In this document: in pieces, positions 1-11,487 of the stretch
Position numbering within the stretch: the stretch's first letter is position 1
Layout of the letters: each line of letters begins with the position of its first letter
From: Chrysemys picta bellii
Taxonomy: Eukaryota
Assembly: GCF_011386835.1 (NCBI RefSeq)
Contig: NC_088803.1
Location: 8,122,001-8,186,000, forward strand
Reading direction: 5' to 3'
Length of the DNA: 64,000 nt
Notes under the pieces: model-generated
Databases searched by the model: none
Told to the model about the DNA's origin: nothing
The model's input: only the letters and a program-made list of their open reading frames with translations
Position numbers and translations under genes: made by a program

Positions 1-281
1 ATGCTTTTTTTCCGGGGAGTAAGTTTCAAAACCTTTGAAATGAAAATGTTTTTGAAATTGTTCTGTAGATTCGTGAAATATTTTGTTTTTCCCAATCAGC
101 TTTATATTGATAACTTTTTAAAAAGTTACATTAGTTAGCACCTGTTCGTAACACTTGTCCTTGCCTGATAAATAACCCTATTCGGGAATGTATTCATTAT
201 GCTGTATTTAATAAATCTTGGGTGCCATATATATAAATGCTAACATAAGCGTATATAGACTTGGGAAACTAATAAGTGATG

Positions 282-850
282 TGCCAGCAATGCCCCTCTG
301 CCATGTACATTGGCCAAACCGGACAGTCTCTACGCAAAAGAATAAATGGACACAAATCTGACATCAGGAATCATAACATTCAAAAACCAGTGGGAGAACA
401 CTTTAACCTGTCTGGTCATTCAATGACAGACCTGCGGGTGGCAATTTTGCAACAGAAAAGCTTCAAAAACAGACTCCAATGAGAAACTGCTGAGCTGGAA
501 TTGATATGCAAATTAGATACAATCAACCTAGGTTTAAATAGAGACTGGGAATGGCTGAGCCATTACAAACATTGAATCTATCTCCCCTTGTAAGTATTCT
601 CACACTTCTTACCAAACTTTCTGTACTGGGCTAGATTGATTATCACTTCAAAAGTTTTTTTTCTCTTACTTAATTGGCCTCTCAGAGGTGGTAAAACAAC
701 TCCCACCTTTCATGCTCTCTGTATGTGTATATATATCTCCTCAATATATGTTCCATTCTATGCATCCAAAGAAGTGGGCTGTAGCCCATGAAAGCTTATG
801 CTCAAATAAATTTGTTAGTCTCTAAGGTGCCACAAGTACTCCTGTTCTTT
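282..850 (+). mobile_element. 5'-truncated Penelope-like retroelement (GIY-YIG endonuclease remnant plus terminal repeat)
   Basis: ORF 276-482 reads CQQCPSAMYIGQTGQSLRKRINGHKSDI (GIY-YIG-type, YIGQT) and is broken by TGA at 480-482. Flanked by the 12-bp direct repeat TAATAAGTGATG at 270-281 and 851-862 (TSD). Homologous to 52882-53431. Confidence 0.9.
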
Positions 851-1903
851 TAATAAGTGATGATTGTTATAGCAGATGTTTTCTGTTGGGGAATCAACAT
901 GGAAGAATGATTGTGGGATAAGAAATACCCACTAAGAGATATTAACTTAAAGAATTGTTAGTCCTCCCAGCTGTAAATACTCAGGCCTTCAAACACAAAT
1001 CAGGTAAACTGAGAATGTATAGAAATGACACCACAACATATGTTTCTGGGAGAATATTCTTGGGAACAAGGTTTCCTTGTCTGACAACCAATATAATAAT
1101 ACTCAACTCAACCTTCTTTTCTTCACTCAACCACTCAGCAGGTGAGTTGGGTGTTGAAGAGAGAATAGGCCCAACCCATCTGGACCTTATCACCAGCCTC
1201 TCAGTGGGGCCTGATAGAGGACAGCTGCTCTTTCTAAAGAGCCAGAGGGAAACAGGAAATAGGGGAGGAAGCTGTGGCAGAGGCTGCAGGGCTCAGTGGG
1301 CTCCTACAGGAGACAGACTTTTGTCCAAGGGGAGAGCAGAAGCAGATCCTGGGAAGGGATGAAAAGCTGCTCCCAACTTGGAAACTCGAAGATAGACAGA
1401 CAGGGAGACCTCACTGAGGAGGGGCTGTGTCTGGCTTGGGACTGGTCTGGACAATTCCTTTGTGCTTATTTTGAAATGTATGTTAATAAGCCAGACCCCA
1501 ACAAGGGACCCATAAGCCAAATGGAAGTCGGGCACTGCAGAGCTATCCCAAGCCACCAGGGGCGCTCCAAACTACCCTTTCTTATCCTAGCTACATAATT
1601 TATGGATATTGATGTAGATCTGAGAAGGGTTTGTTTGATCAAGGGTGAAGACTGAAGACTGGCATTCCCAGAGGGGCAGAGTTAAGGTTGCAAGAGGAAA
1701 TCTGCCTTTACTTTTCCCCTTAACTTCTTTCCAGGGCTGCTTGGGATTTTTCACATGAGAGATTCTTCCCTTGAAAAATGTGATTTCATCAAAACTGACA
1801 TTTCCTGCTGGGCAGCTGGGAGCCTTGGAGATGGGCAGACAGCATGGGCATCTGGACAGCCAGGCATCTGAGGAATCAGCCAACTCACAGAACCACAGAA
1901 GCG

Positions 1904-4780
1904 TAGAATCATAGAATATCAGGGTTGGAAGGGACCTCAGGAGGTATCTAGTCTAACCCCCTGCTCAAAGCAGGACCAACCCCAACTAAATCATCCAAGC
2001 CAGGGCTTCTTCAAGCCTGACCTTAAAAACCTCTAAGGAAGGAGATTCCACCACCTCCCTAGGTAATCCATTCCAGTGCTTCACCACCCTCCTAGTGAAA
2101 AAGTTTTTCCTAATATCCAACCTAAACCTCCCCCACTGCAACTTCAGACCATTACTCCTTGTTCTGTCATCTGGTACCACTGAGAACAGTCTAGATCCAT
2201 CCTCTTTGGAAACCCCCTTCAGGTAGTTGAAAGCAGCTATCAAATCCCCCCTCACTCTTCTCTTCTGCAGACTAAACAATCCCAGTTCCCTCAGCCTCTC
2301 CTCATAAGTCACGTGCTCCAGACCCCTAATCATTTTTGTTGCCCTCCGCTGGACTCTTTCCAATTTTTCCACATCCTTCTTCTAGTGTGGGGCCTAAAAC
2401 TGGACACAGTACTCCAGATGAGGCCTCACCAATGTCGAATAAAGGGGAACGATCACGTTCCTCGATCTGCTGGCAATGCCCCTACTTATATAGCCCAAAA
2501 TGCCGTTAGCCTTCTTGGCAACAAGGACACACTGTTGACTCATATCCAGCTTCTCGTCCACTGTAACCCCTAGGTCCTTTTCTGCAGAACTGCTGCCTAG
2601 CCACTCGGTCCCTAGTCTGTAGCAGTGCATGGGATTCTTCCGTCCTAAGTGCAGGACTCTGCACTTGTCCTTGTTGAACCTCATCAGGTTTTTTTCTGCC
2701 CAATCCTCTAATTTGTCTAGGTCCCTCTGTATCCGATCCCTACCCTCTAGTGTATCTACCACGCCTCCTAGTTTCGTGTCATCTGCAAACTTGCTGAGAG
2801 TGCAGTCCACACCATCCTCCAGATCATTAATAAAGATATTAAACAAAACCGGCCCCAGGACCGACCCTTGGGGCACTCCACTTGAAACCGGCTGCCAACT
2901 AGACATGGAGCCATTGATCACTACCCGTTGAGCCCGACGATCTAGCCAGCTTTCTATCCACCTTACAGTCCATTCATCCAGCCCATACTTCTTTAACTTG
3001 GTGGCAAGAATACTGTGGGAGACAGTATCAAAAGCTTTGCTAAAGTCAAGAAATAACACATCCACTGCTTTCCCCTCATCCACAGAGCCAGTTATCTCAT
3101 CATAGAAGTCAATTAGGTTAGTCAGGCACGACTTCCCCTTCGTGAATCCATGCTGACTGTTCCTGATCACTTTCCTCTCCTCTAAATGTTTCATAATTGA
3201 TTCCTTGAGGACCTGCTCCATGATTTTTCCAGGGACTGAGGTGAGGCTGACTGACCTGTAGTTCCCCGAATCCTCCTTCTTCCCTTTTTTAAAGATGGGC
3301 ACTACATTAGCCTTTTTCCAGTCATCTGGGACCTCCCCCGATCGCCATGAGTTTTCAAAAATAATGGCTAATGGCTCTGCAATCTCACCCGCCAACTCCT
3401 TTAGCACCCTCGGATGCAGCGCATCCGGCCCCATGGACTTGTGCATGTCCAGTTTTTCTAAATAGTCCCAAACCACTTCTTTCTCCACAGAGGGTTGGTC
3501 ACCTTCTCCCCATGCTGTACTGCCCAGTGCAGCAATCTGGGAGCTGACCTTGTGCGTGAAGACAGAGGCAAAAAAAGCATTGAGTACATTAGCTTTTTCC
3601 ACATCCTCGGTCACTAGGTTGCCTCCCTCATTCAGTAAGGGGCCCACACTTTCCTTGAATTTCTTCTTGTTGCTAACATACCTGAAGAAACCCTTCTTGT
3701 TACTCTTAACATCTCTTGCTAACTGCAACTCCAAGTGTGATTTGGCCTTCCTGATTTCACTCCTGCACGCCTGAGCAATATTTTTATACTCCTCCCTGGT
3801 CATTTGTCCAATCTTCCACTTCTTATAAGCCTCTTTTTTGCGTTTAAGATCAGCAAAGATTTCACTGTTTAGCCAAGCTGGTCGCCTGCCATATTTACTA
3901 TTCTTTCTACACATCGGGATGGTTTGTTCCTGCAACCTCAATAAGGATTCTTTAAAATACAGCCAGCTCTCCTGGACCCCTTTGCCCTTCATGTTATTCT
4001 CCCAGGGGATCCTGCCCATCTGTTCCCTGAGGGAGTCAAAGTCTGCTTTTCTGAAGTCCAGGGTCCGTATTCTGCTGCTCTCCTTTCTTCCTTTTGTCAG
4101 GATCCTGAACTCGACCATCTCATGGTCACTGCCTCCCAGGTTCCCATCCACTTTTGCTTCCCCTACTAGTTCTTCCCTGTTTGTGAGCAGCAGGTCAAGA
4201 AAAGCTTTGCCCCTAGTTGGTTCCTCCAGCACTTGCACCAGGAAATTGTCCCCTACACTTTCCAAAAATTTCCTGGATTGCCTGTGCACCGCTGTATTGC
4301 TCTCCCAGCAGATATCAGGGTGATTAAAGTCTCCCATGAGAACCAGGGCCTGTGATCTAGCAACTTCTGCTAGTTGCCAGAAGAAAGCCTCGTCCACCTC
4401 ATCCCCCTGGTCTGGTGGTCTATAGCAGACTCCAACCACGACATCACCCTTGTTGCTCACACTTCTCAACTTTATCCAGAGACTCTCAGGTTTTTCTGCA
4501 GTATCATACCGGAGCTCTGAGCAGTCATACTCCTCTCTTATATACAACGCAACTCCCCCACCTTTTCTGCCCTGCCTGTCCTTCCTGAACAGTTTATATC
4601 CATCCATGACAGTACTCCAGTCATGTGAGTTATCCCACCAAGTCTCTGTTATTCCAAGCACATCATAGTTCCCTGACTGTGCCAGGACTTCCAGTTCTCC
4701 CTGCTTGTTTCCCAGGCTTCTTGCATTTGTGTATAGGCACTTAAGATAACTCAACGATCGTCCCTCTTTCTCAGCATGAG
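1904..4780 (-). mobile_element. CR1 LINE, nearly complete ORF2, ORF1 missing
   Basis: (ATTCTATG)n-type 3' tail at ~1904-1917 on the minus strand. ORF2 has the APE endonuclease ([16 protein letters not shown]) and RT ([18 protein letters not shown]). Confidence 0.97.
1986..4754 (-). pseudogene. CR1 ORF2 (endonuclease + reverse transcriptase) with two in-frame TAG stops
   Basis: ORFs 2394-4754 and 1986-2372 are in the same frame. They are separated by TTT TAG GCC CCA CAC TAG, where the CR1 copy at 38640 reads TTT TGG GCC CCA CAC TAC. Confidence 0.92.
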
Positions 4781-5556
4781 ATCATCCCACAGCCATCTTG
4801 CTTCTGAAAGTCTTTATTACACTTGCCATGGATGGCCCCATGCAACCCCAACAGGGGCATCGCACTGTTAAGTAGGCCCCAGTCTCTTGGCCATGGGTTC
4901 AAACTGTGAAGTTCCATCTCTGACTTCCATGCCTGTGGGCTCCCTGTATAGAAAAATCATTTTCCCTGGGAGTGGGCAAGTAGCAGAGACACAATAAAGA
5001 TGGATGGCCCCAGACTCTAGTCTTGATGGGCTCTCAATGATGGTGCTTCAATGAGGTGTCAAAGACCTCTCCCAGCCAGGGCAGCTGACTGGAATGCAGC
5101 ACAATAGGCTGCCATTGAGCCAGGTCTGACTTGTCCTGTTACCGTGACAATATTTCCACATACACTACAACAAAGTTCACAACATGACACCATAACACCA
5201 CACTCTGTCACACAAGCAAACAATTCACCAAAAGCCATCGTATCCTAATCAGCATTTATACCCGCAAAAGGAAAAGGGTCAGAGACCTCATCGAGTCCAT
5301 TGGGAACTTGATTATGGCTATTCGTTTTAGGTGGAAGGTGCTGAGATGGTGTGATGGTGGGTGGCAATACTGGATAGATAGATAGATAGATTCTGATCTT
5401 CTTTATACAGTTGTAAATATACAATAAGTCCATTGACTTGACTCTGCATTTTTACCAGTGTAAATGCCCCTTTCTGCATAAACAGATTTCAAAACATGTT
5501 TTCAATAATGTTTTCATTTGATTATATTTGAAAAGAAACACAGAAAGAAATCACGA

Positions 5557-6513
5557 TCAAAGACGAAAGATGGACAGTTCATTTTTGGTGAATAACCTCC
5601 CCACCATGAGTTTCCTCAGGCCAGTTTTGATCTCCTTGTTCCTCATGCTGTAGATGATCGGATTCATCATTGGAGGCATCACAGAATAGAGAACAGCCAC
5701 CATGAGATCTAGTCCTGATGTTGAGCTGGAGGTGGGTTTCAGGTAGGCAAAGGCTATAGTGAAAAAGAACAAGGAGACCACAGTGAGGTGAGGGAGGCAG
5801 GTGGAGAGAGCTTTATGCCGGCCCTGCTCAGAGGGGATTCTCAGCACTGTGGTGAAGATCTGAACATATGACACAACTATAAAAACAAAGCAGCTGAAGG
5901 CTAAGCATGTACTAAAGACAATAGCCCCAGTTTCACGGAGGTATGAGTCAGAGCAGGCGAGCTTGAGGAGCTGGGGGATTTCACAGAAAAACTGATCCAC
6001 CATGTTGCCTCCACAGAAGGATAGTGCAAATGTGTTCCCGGTGTGCACTGCAGTGTAGACAAAAACACTTATCCAAGCACTGGCTGCCATTTGGACACAA
6101 GCTCTCCTGTTCATCACTCTCTCATAGTGCAATGGTCGGCAGATGGCGATGTATCGGTCGTATGCCATGACGGTGAGTATGGAGTACTCGGTTACAGCAA
6201 AGAACATAAAGAAAAAGACTTGTGTGACACATCCAGAATAAGAAATTGACTTGGTGTTCATGAGGGAGTTGGCCATGGATTTGGGGACTGGCACAGAAAT
6301 GAAGCCAATGTCTAGAATGGACAAATTCATCAGGAAGAAGTACATTGGGGTGTGAAGGTGGTGGTCAAAGGCAACAACTATGACGATGAGAAGATTCCCC
6401 ATACAGGCTGCCAGGTAAATCACCAGAAACACCACAAAGTGCAAAATCTGCAGCTCCCGAACGTCAGAGAATCCCAGGAGAAGGAACTCGGTCATGGTGG
6501 TTCGGTTGGACAT
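5557..6513 (-). CDS. Olfactory receptor, family-14-like, intact (318 aa)
   Basis: Motifs GN, LHTPMYFFL, MAYDRYIAIC, KALSTC, PPMMNPIIYSMRN. Start MSNRTT (N-glycosylation site) at 6513 follows a polypyrimidine-CAG splice acceptor. Confidence 0.95.
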   Translation of the reverse strand: MSNRTTMTEFLLLGFSDVRELQILHFVVFLVIYLAACMGNLLIVIVVAFDHHLHTPMYFFLMNLSILDIGFISVPVPKSMANSLMNTKSISYSGCVTQVFFFMFFAVTEYSILTVMAYDRYIAICRPLHYERVMNRRACVQMAASAWISVFVYTAVHTGNTFALSFCGGNMVDQFFCEIPQLLKLACSDSYLRETGAIVFSTCLAFSCFVFIVVSYVQIFTTVLRIPSEQGRHKALSTCLPHLTVVSLFFFTIAFAYLKPTSSSTSGLDLMVAVLYSVMPPMMNPIIYSMRNKEIKTGLRKLMVGRLFTKNELSIFRL

Positions 6514-6932
6514 TTCCCTCTCCACACATTGTGTCCTGCCTGAGGATGGAAGGACAAGGGCAATGGGCAAGATTAGAGTGACAGAGAAAATGACCTAATT
6601 CTCTCTCCTTAATATCTCATGATGGGCATGTCAAAGGTGCACAGTTCTTGTCACTTCCACTGAGAGTGCTCCTTACCCCTGAGAGTCAGAGCACTAGTGA
6701 GATGCATTGTCACATCGGTGAATACTGGATTATCCCCTTTAAAGCTAAGGGAGGTGGATCAGTTTACACCATCTGAGGATCTGGCCAATGCGGTATGAAG
6801 GCTGGAACAAAGTACAACTACATCCAACATTAATAGCCCATATGGTACCCGATTGTGAGAAACAGAAGGCTCTAAATTTGGGCATGAAATGTTAATACTA
6901 ACATGGCTAATACTGATAGCAATGCTGAAATA

Positions 6933-7104
6933 AAAACAACAAGGAGTCTGGTGGCACCTTAAAGACTAACAGATTTATTTGGGCATAAGCTTTCGTGAGT
7001 ATAAAGCTTATGCCCAAATAAATCTGTTAGTCTTTAAGGTGCCACCAGACTCCTTGTTGTTTTTGTAGATACAGACTAACACGGCTACCCCCTGATACTT
7101 GATA
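6933..7104. mobile_element. Minimal Penelope terminal-repeat insertion forming a perfect 62-bp hairpin
   Basis: Arms 6932-6993 and 7003-7064 are exact reverse complements and resemble the Penelope 3' end at 790-850. 13-bp TSD CAATGCTGAAATA at 6920-6932 and 7105-7117. Empty site in arm B at 43406-43418. Confidence 0.88.
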
Positions 7105-7234
7105 CAATGCTGAAATAGTGATTCCCACTTTCCAGAGAAGTTTAACATTGACTCACCCAGCCTCCTACGTGGCAGCTTTTCTGTAATGATTCCACCCCCA
7201 GACCATGTAAATGGCCAACTACTGATTTACACAT

Positions 7235-9037
7235 CGATTTGTGGCAAGAGAAGTGTAAAAGTATAATTAGGCAGGCTAGAAAAGAATGCGAAAAGCAACT
7301 AACAAAAGACACAAAAGTTAAGCAATTTTTCTTAAGTATTTCGGAAGCAGGAAGATTGCCAAAGAATGAGTGGGGTCGCTGTTTGGTCACGGTGCAAAAG
7401 GAGCTCTCAGGGAAGACAAGGCCATTGCAGAGAAGCTAAATGAATTCTTCGCATCAGTCTTTGCTGCAGAGGATGTGAGGGAGATTCCCACACAAGAGCC
7501 ATTCTTTTTAGGTGACAAATCTGAGAACTGTCCCAGATTGAGGTGTCAGTAGAGGAGGTTTTGGAACAAATTGATAAATTAAACAGTAATAAGTCTCCAG
7601 GTCCAGATTGTAGTCACCGAAGAGTTCTGAAGGAACTGAAATATGAAATTGCAAAAACTACTAAATGTGATAAATAAACCAACATTTAAATCAGCCTCTG
7701 GACCAGATGACTGCAGGGTAGCTAATCTAATGTGATCCAGTTAATATAGCGTACTTGGACTTTCAGGAAGCTTTCGACAAAGTCCCACACTAACAGCTCT
7801 TCAACAAACTTAGCAGTGATGGGATAAGAGGGAAGGTCCTCTCATGAATTAGTAACTTGCTAAAAGCTAGGGAACAAAGGGTAGGAATAAATATTCAGTA
7901 TTCACAATGGAGAGAGGTAAATAGCTGTGCTCCCCAAGGATCTTCCCTGAGACATGTGCTGTTCAACAAATTCATAAATAGAGCAAAGAGTGAGGTGGTA
8001 AAATCTGCAGACAGTACAAAATTACTCAAGATTGTTACGTCCAAAGCACACTGCGAAGAGCTACAAAGGGATCTCACAAATCTGGGTGAATGGGCAATCA
8101 AATGGCAGATGAAATTCAATATTGATAAATGCATAGTAATGCACATTGGAAAACATAATCCTAACTAAACATAAAAAATGATGGTGTCTACTTTAGCTAT
8201 TACTACTCAAGAAAGATCTTGCAGTCACTGTGGTTCATTCACTGAAAACATCTGCTCGATGTTCAGTAGCAGTGAAAAAAGCTAATAAGATGTTAGGAAC
8301 CATTAGAAAAGGGATAGATAATAAAGCTGAAAATAAAATGCCGGCATATAAATCCATGGTACGCTCATAGCTTGAATATTGTGTGCAGTTGTGTTTGCCT
8401 CACCAAAAAAAAAAAAAAACAAGATATATTCGAATTCAAAAAGATATAGAGAAGAGCAACAAAAATGCTTAGGGGCATGGAACACCTTCCATATGAGGAG
8501 ATAAAAAACAGACTGGTATTGTTTAGCTTAGAAAAGAGATGACTAAGGGGGAATATGATAAATGTCTATAAAATCATGCATGTTCTGGAAAGAGTGAATA
8601 GGAAAGTGGTGTTTACCCCTTCACAGAACCGAAGGACCAGGCATCACCCAATGAAATAAATAGGCAGTAGGTTTAAAACAAGCAAAAGGAAGAATTTCTT
8701 CACATACCACACAATCAACTTATTGAACTCATTGCCAGGGGATTTTGTGAGGGCTGAAAGTATAACTGGGTTAAAAAAAGAATTAGACAAGCCCACGAAG
8801 GATAGGTCAATCGATGGCTAAGAGCCAAGATGGTCAGGATGCAACCCCATGCTTTGGGTGTCCCTAAACCTCTGTTTGCCAGAAGCTGGGGATGGGCGAC
8901 AGGGGATGGACCATTTGATAATTGCCCTGTTCTGTTCATTCCCTCTGAAGCTTCAGGCACCAGCCACTGTCACGGACAGGAAACTGGGCTAGATGGACCA
9001 TTGGTCTGAGCCAGTGCGGCTGTTCTTATGTTCTTAT
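7235..9037 (+). mobile_element. Degenerate, internally deleted CR1 LINE (older subfamily)
   Basis: ORF2 remnants (EKLNEFFASVF, KFNIDKC.VMHIGKHNPN) and 3' tail GTTCTTATGTTCTTAT at ~9022-9037. Confidence 0.85.
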
Positions 9038-9139
9038 TATTTAAAACGCCAAATCCCACTGCATTTCCATCTCTGGGTGATGACAGACTAGTAGCATCCC
9101 TCCATTACTGTGTTGTATCCTTTCCCTCTGTGACTTTAT

Positions 9140-9230
9140 GTCTGTACAGGCAGGAGACTTGGGTTCTGTTCTTGTTTCTGCCACTGACCTGCTGTGTGAG
9201 CTTGGGCCAGTCACTTCTCCTCCCTGTACC
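9140..9230 (+). mobile_element. MIR/CORE-like SINE remnant
   Basis: GGAGACTTGGGTTCTG...CTGCCACTGACCTGCTGTGTGAGCTTGGGCCAGTCACTT resembles the MIR head/core. Copies at ~41315-41400 and ~47935-48000. Confidence 0.55.
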
Positions 9231-11229
9231 ACTGATTCCCCACACCCCTTTCTCTGGCTTGTCTTCTAGGACTGGGAGCTGGGGTGGATGGCCAGTGTCT
9301 ATGTGTATGTTCTGAGCACGTCTTGGCAGCATTGCCGCTTAGCTGGCTGCAGTGTGGGACAGAGACTACAGTGGCGATGTCCTAGGGCATGGTCAAGATG
9401 GAAAGGTTTAGGCTGGGAGCTTTGACTCTGTGTTTTCGCTTCAAGGCGTTAGTATGTTCAAAATATATTCTGGCTGTTAACTTCGCTTCTCACTCAGATT
9501 AACCATCCTGCAACTACCCCTTTGTAACAGAAATAATAGAGGATGGGGCAGAGGGACTTGGGGGTGAAATTTTAATATGAACTGAAATTATTAATTTTCC
9601 GCATCCTAGCACAAATCTAAGTTTCCAATTAAGGGCAATCAGACTTTTTTGGCTTTAATTATCTCAAAGGAAAATTGGGTTTTCAATTGAACACATGTTC
9701 ATGGAAAATCTCTACTATCCTCCATTTATATTTTGTTTTTCAAGGATAGCAGAGGCTAAAACTCTTCTGTTTTCAACAGCTCTTACCTAAAATTGCCTTG
9801 TTCTCACTTCCCAGAATGACAAAAAATGTTTGGGTTTTCGCAATTTCAATGAAAAGTCTATTTTTGTTGCAACAAAATATGCAAATAAATAAGTCTGGCT
9901 GGTGCCAGATTAAACTGATAGTAAAAGTCTTCAAGAGTTCTGACTCTCATGCGAATTTGTGTTCTTAAATCTGCCCTGTGTATTAATACACCAACATATT
10001 CAGTGAAAAAGCAAACTTACGATGCAGATTTTTGTGGAATTTCTCACAGCTAGCGAAGCATTTGATCCTCCAGGGTTGTGATTATTTTGTCATTATTGAT
10101 CTGTCTGTCTCTCATGCCCCCATCACTGTATTAGCCCACAGCCCTTTCCGTGTCCTCCACTGGAGTTGCTGGGTCTCTCTGCAGTTCCCAGCAGACAAGG
10201 ATCCACTCCACAGATGGATGCTCCCTGCTCCCCTCCTGGCCGAGAGGTGATGAACTAAATAGGATGAGGGACTGAAAGCCCCTCCTATCTCTGGAGCTGA
10301 TCCCAGCTTGTGCAGGCTCCAGAGATGGTCACAGCGCAGGATGTCCCTGCTCTGGGGCTAAATGTCTGAATATGGTCTCCAGGGCTGTGAACCCAGCTCT
10401 GCTCTCACCTCTGGAGCAAACCACCCTGACAACGGGCCCTAGCTGAGCTCAATCCCCGAGAGGGGAACAGCACCTGCCCTGGATCTCACACAGTGGTAGC
10501 ATCCCTGGAAGGACCCTTGGCTAAAAACAAGGCAGGGCTGAGGCACAAAGGGTGCCCTGAGGGGTTGGCAGAATAAAAAAATATATTTACTGTAGCATCA
10601 TGTGACCTGGAATAGCTCAGAGCCCAGCGGCACCAGAAACTCCGTTGTCCAGGAATAGCCTGTTCCTTCATTAACGCCACATGATTACCGCTGCCAGAGC
10701 AGAGATGTCGTTCCCTTGCATTGCATCAACAGCTCTTGGGATGCAGCCATCAGAGGAGCCCACAGCTCAGCCTGCCCTGGCTGGTTGAATTGGGTTATTA
10801 AGAGGAACCCAGAGGCACACACTAAAAACTAAGGACCAGATCCTCAGCTGGTGTGTATTGACAAAGTTCCACTGTCTTCGTAGTAGCTACGGCTATTTTC
10901 ACCACCTGGGGATCTGGCCCTTTGATTCTGATGGAGCAACGGCTCATTTACTCCAACTGGGAAACTGGCCCATTACACAGTTTTAAATCAATTAAATACA
11001 GTTTTAAATTCTTTGCCTGTGAGTTTAAACCGATGAGTCACAAGTACCGGACCTGTTTATTCATTCTTAGTTCTTTGTCCCATGGGATTAATTACAAGAA
11101 TGTAACTTTTAAAGGTTATGTTGTGATTCATTCCCACCAGGGCAGAACTTTGGAGGAATTCAGTCTTGCTAAGATTTTCTCTATCTGAGCTTCACTTTGT
11201 ATTGGGATGAATGATCCAACTTGTCTTTC

Positions 11230-11480
11230 CTTTCACCCCTGCCCTGAGAGAGCCCTCTGCAGCCACCTCCCCATCACACCCTACCCTCAATGACCCCTGT
11301 GCAGCCCCTCCCCTTCATGCCCTGCCCCAATGACCCCTGCCCGGCCCATTCCCATCCACACTCTGCCCTCAGTGACCCCTGTGCAGCCCCCTCCCCCTCA
11401 CCCCTTCACATCAGTGACCCTTGTGCAGCCCCTCCCCTTTACACCCTGCCCTCAGTGACCCCTGTGCAGCCCACTCCCCA
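11230..11480. repeat. C-rich ~41-bp minisatellite (left segment)
   Basis: Units such as CACCCTGCCCTCAGTGACCCCTGTGCAGCCCCCTCCCC. Confidence 0.9.
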
Positions 11481-11487
11481 TCGTATC

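Noticed and set aside
955-1362. 135-aa ORF and a CAG|GTGAGT donor-like site at ~1141
   Set aside because: No recognisable domain or partner exon, so it cannot be supported as coding.
2313-4668. Plus-strand ORFs overlapping the CR1
   Set aside because: Antisense shadows of ORF2.
6514-6570. Upstream in-frame starts for ORs (also 43769, 48619)
   Set aside because: These extensions cross the splice acceptor. The MSNRTT/MFNQTT starts match OR N-termini.
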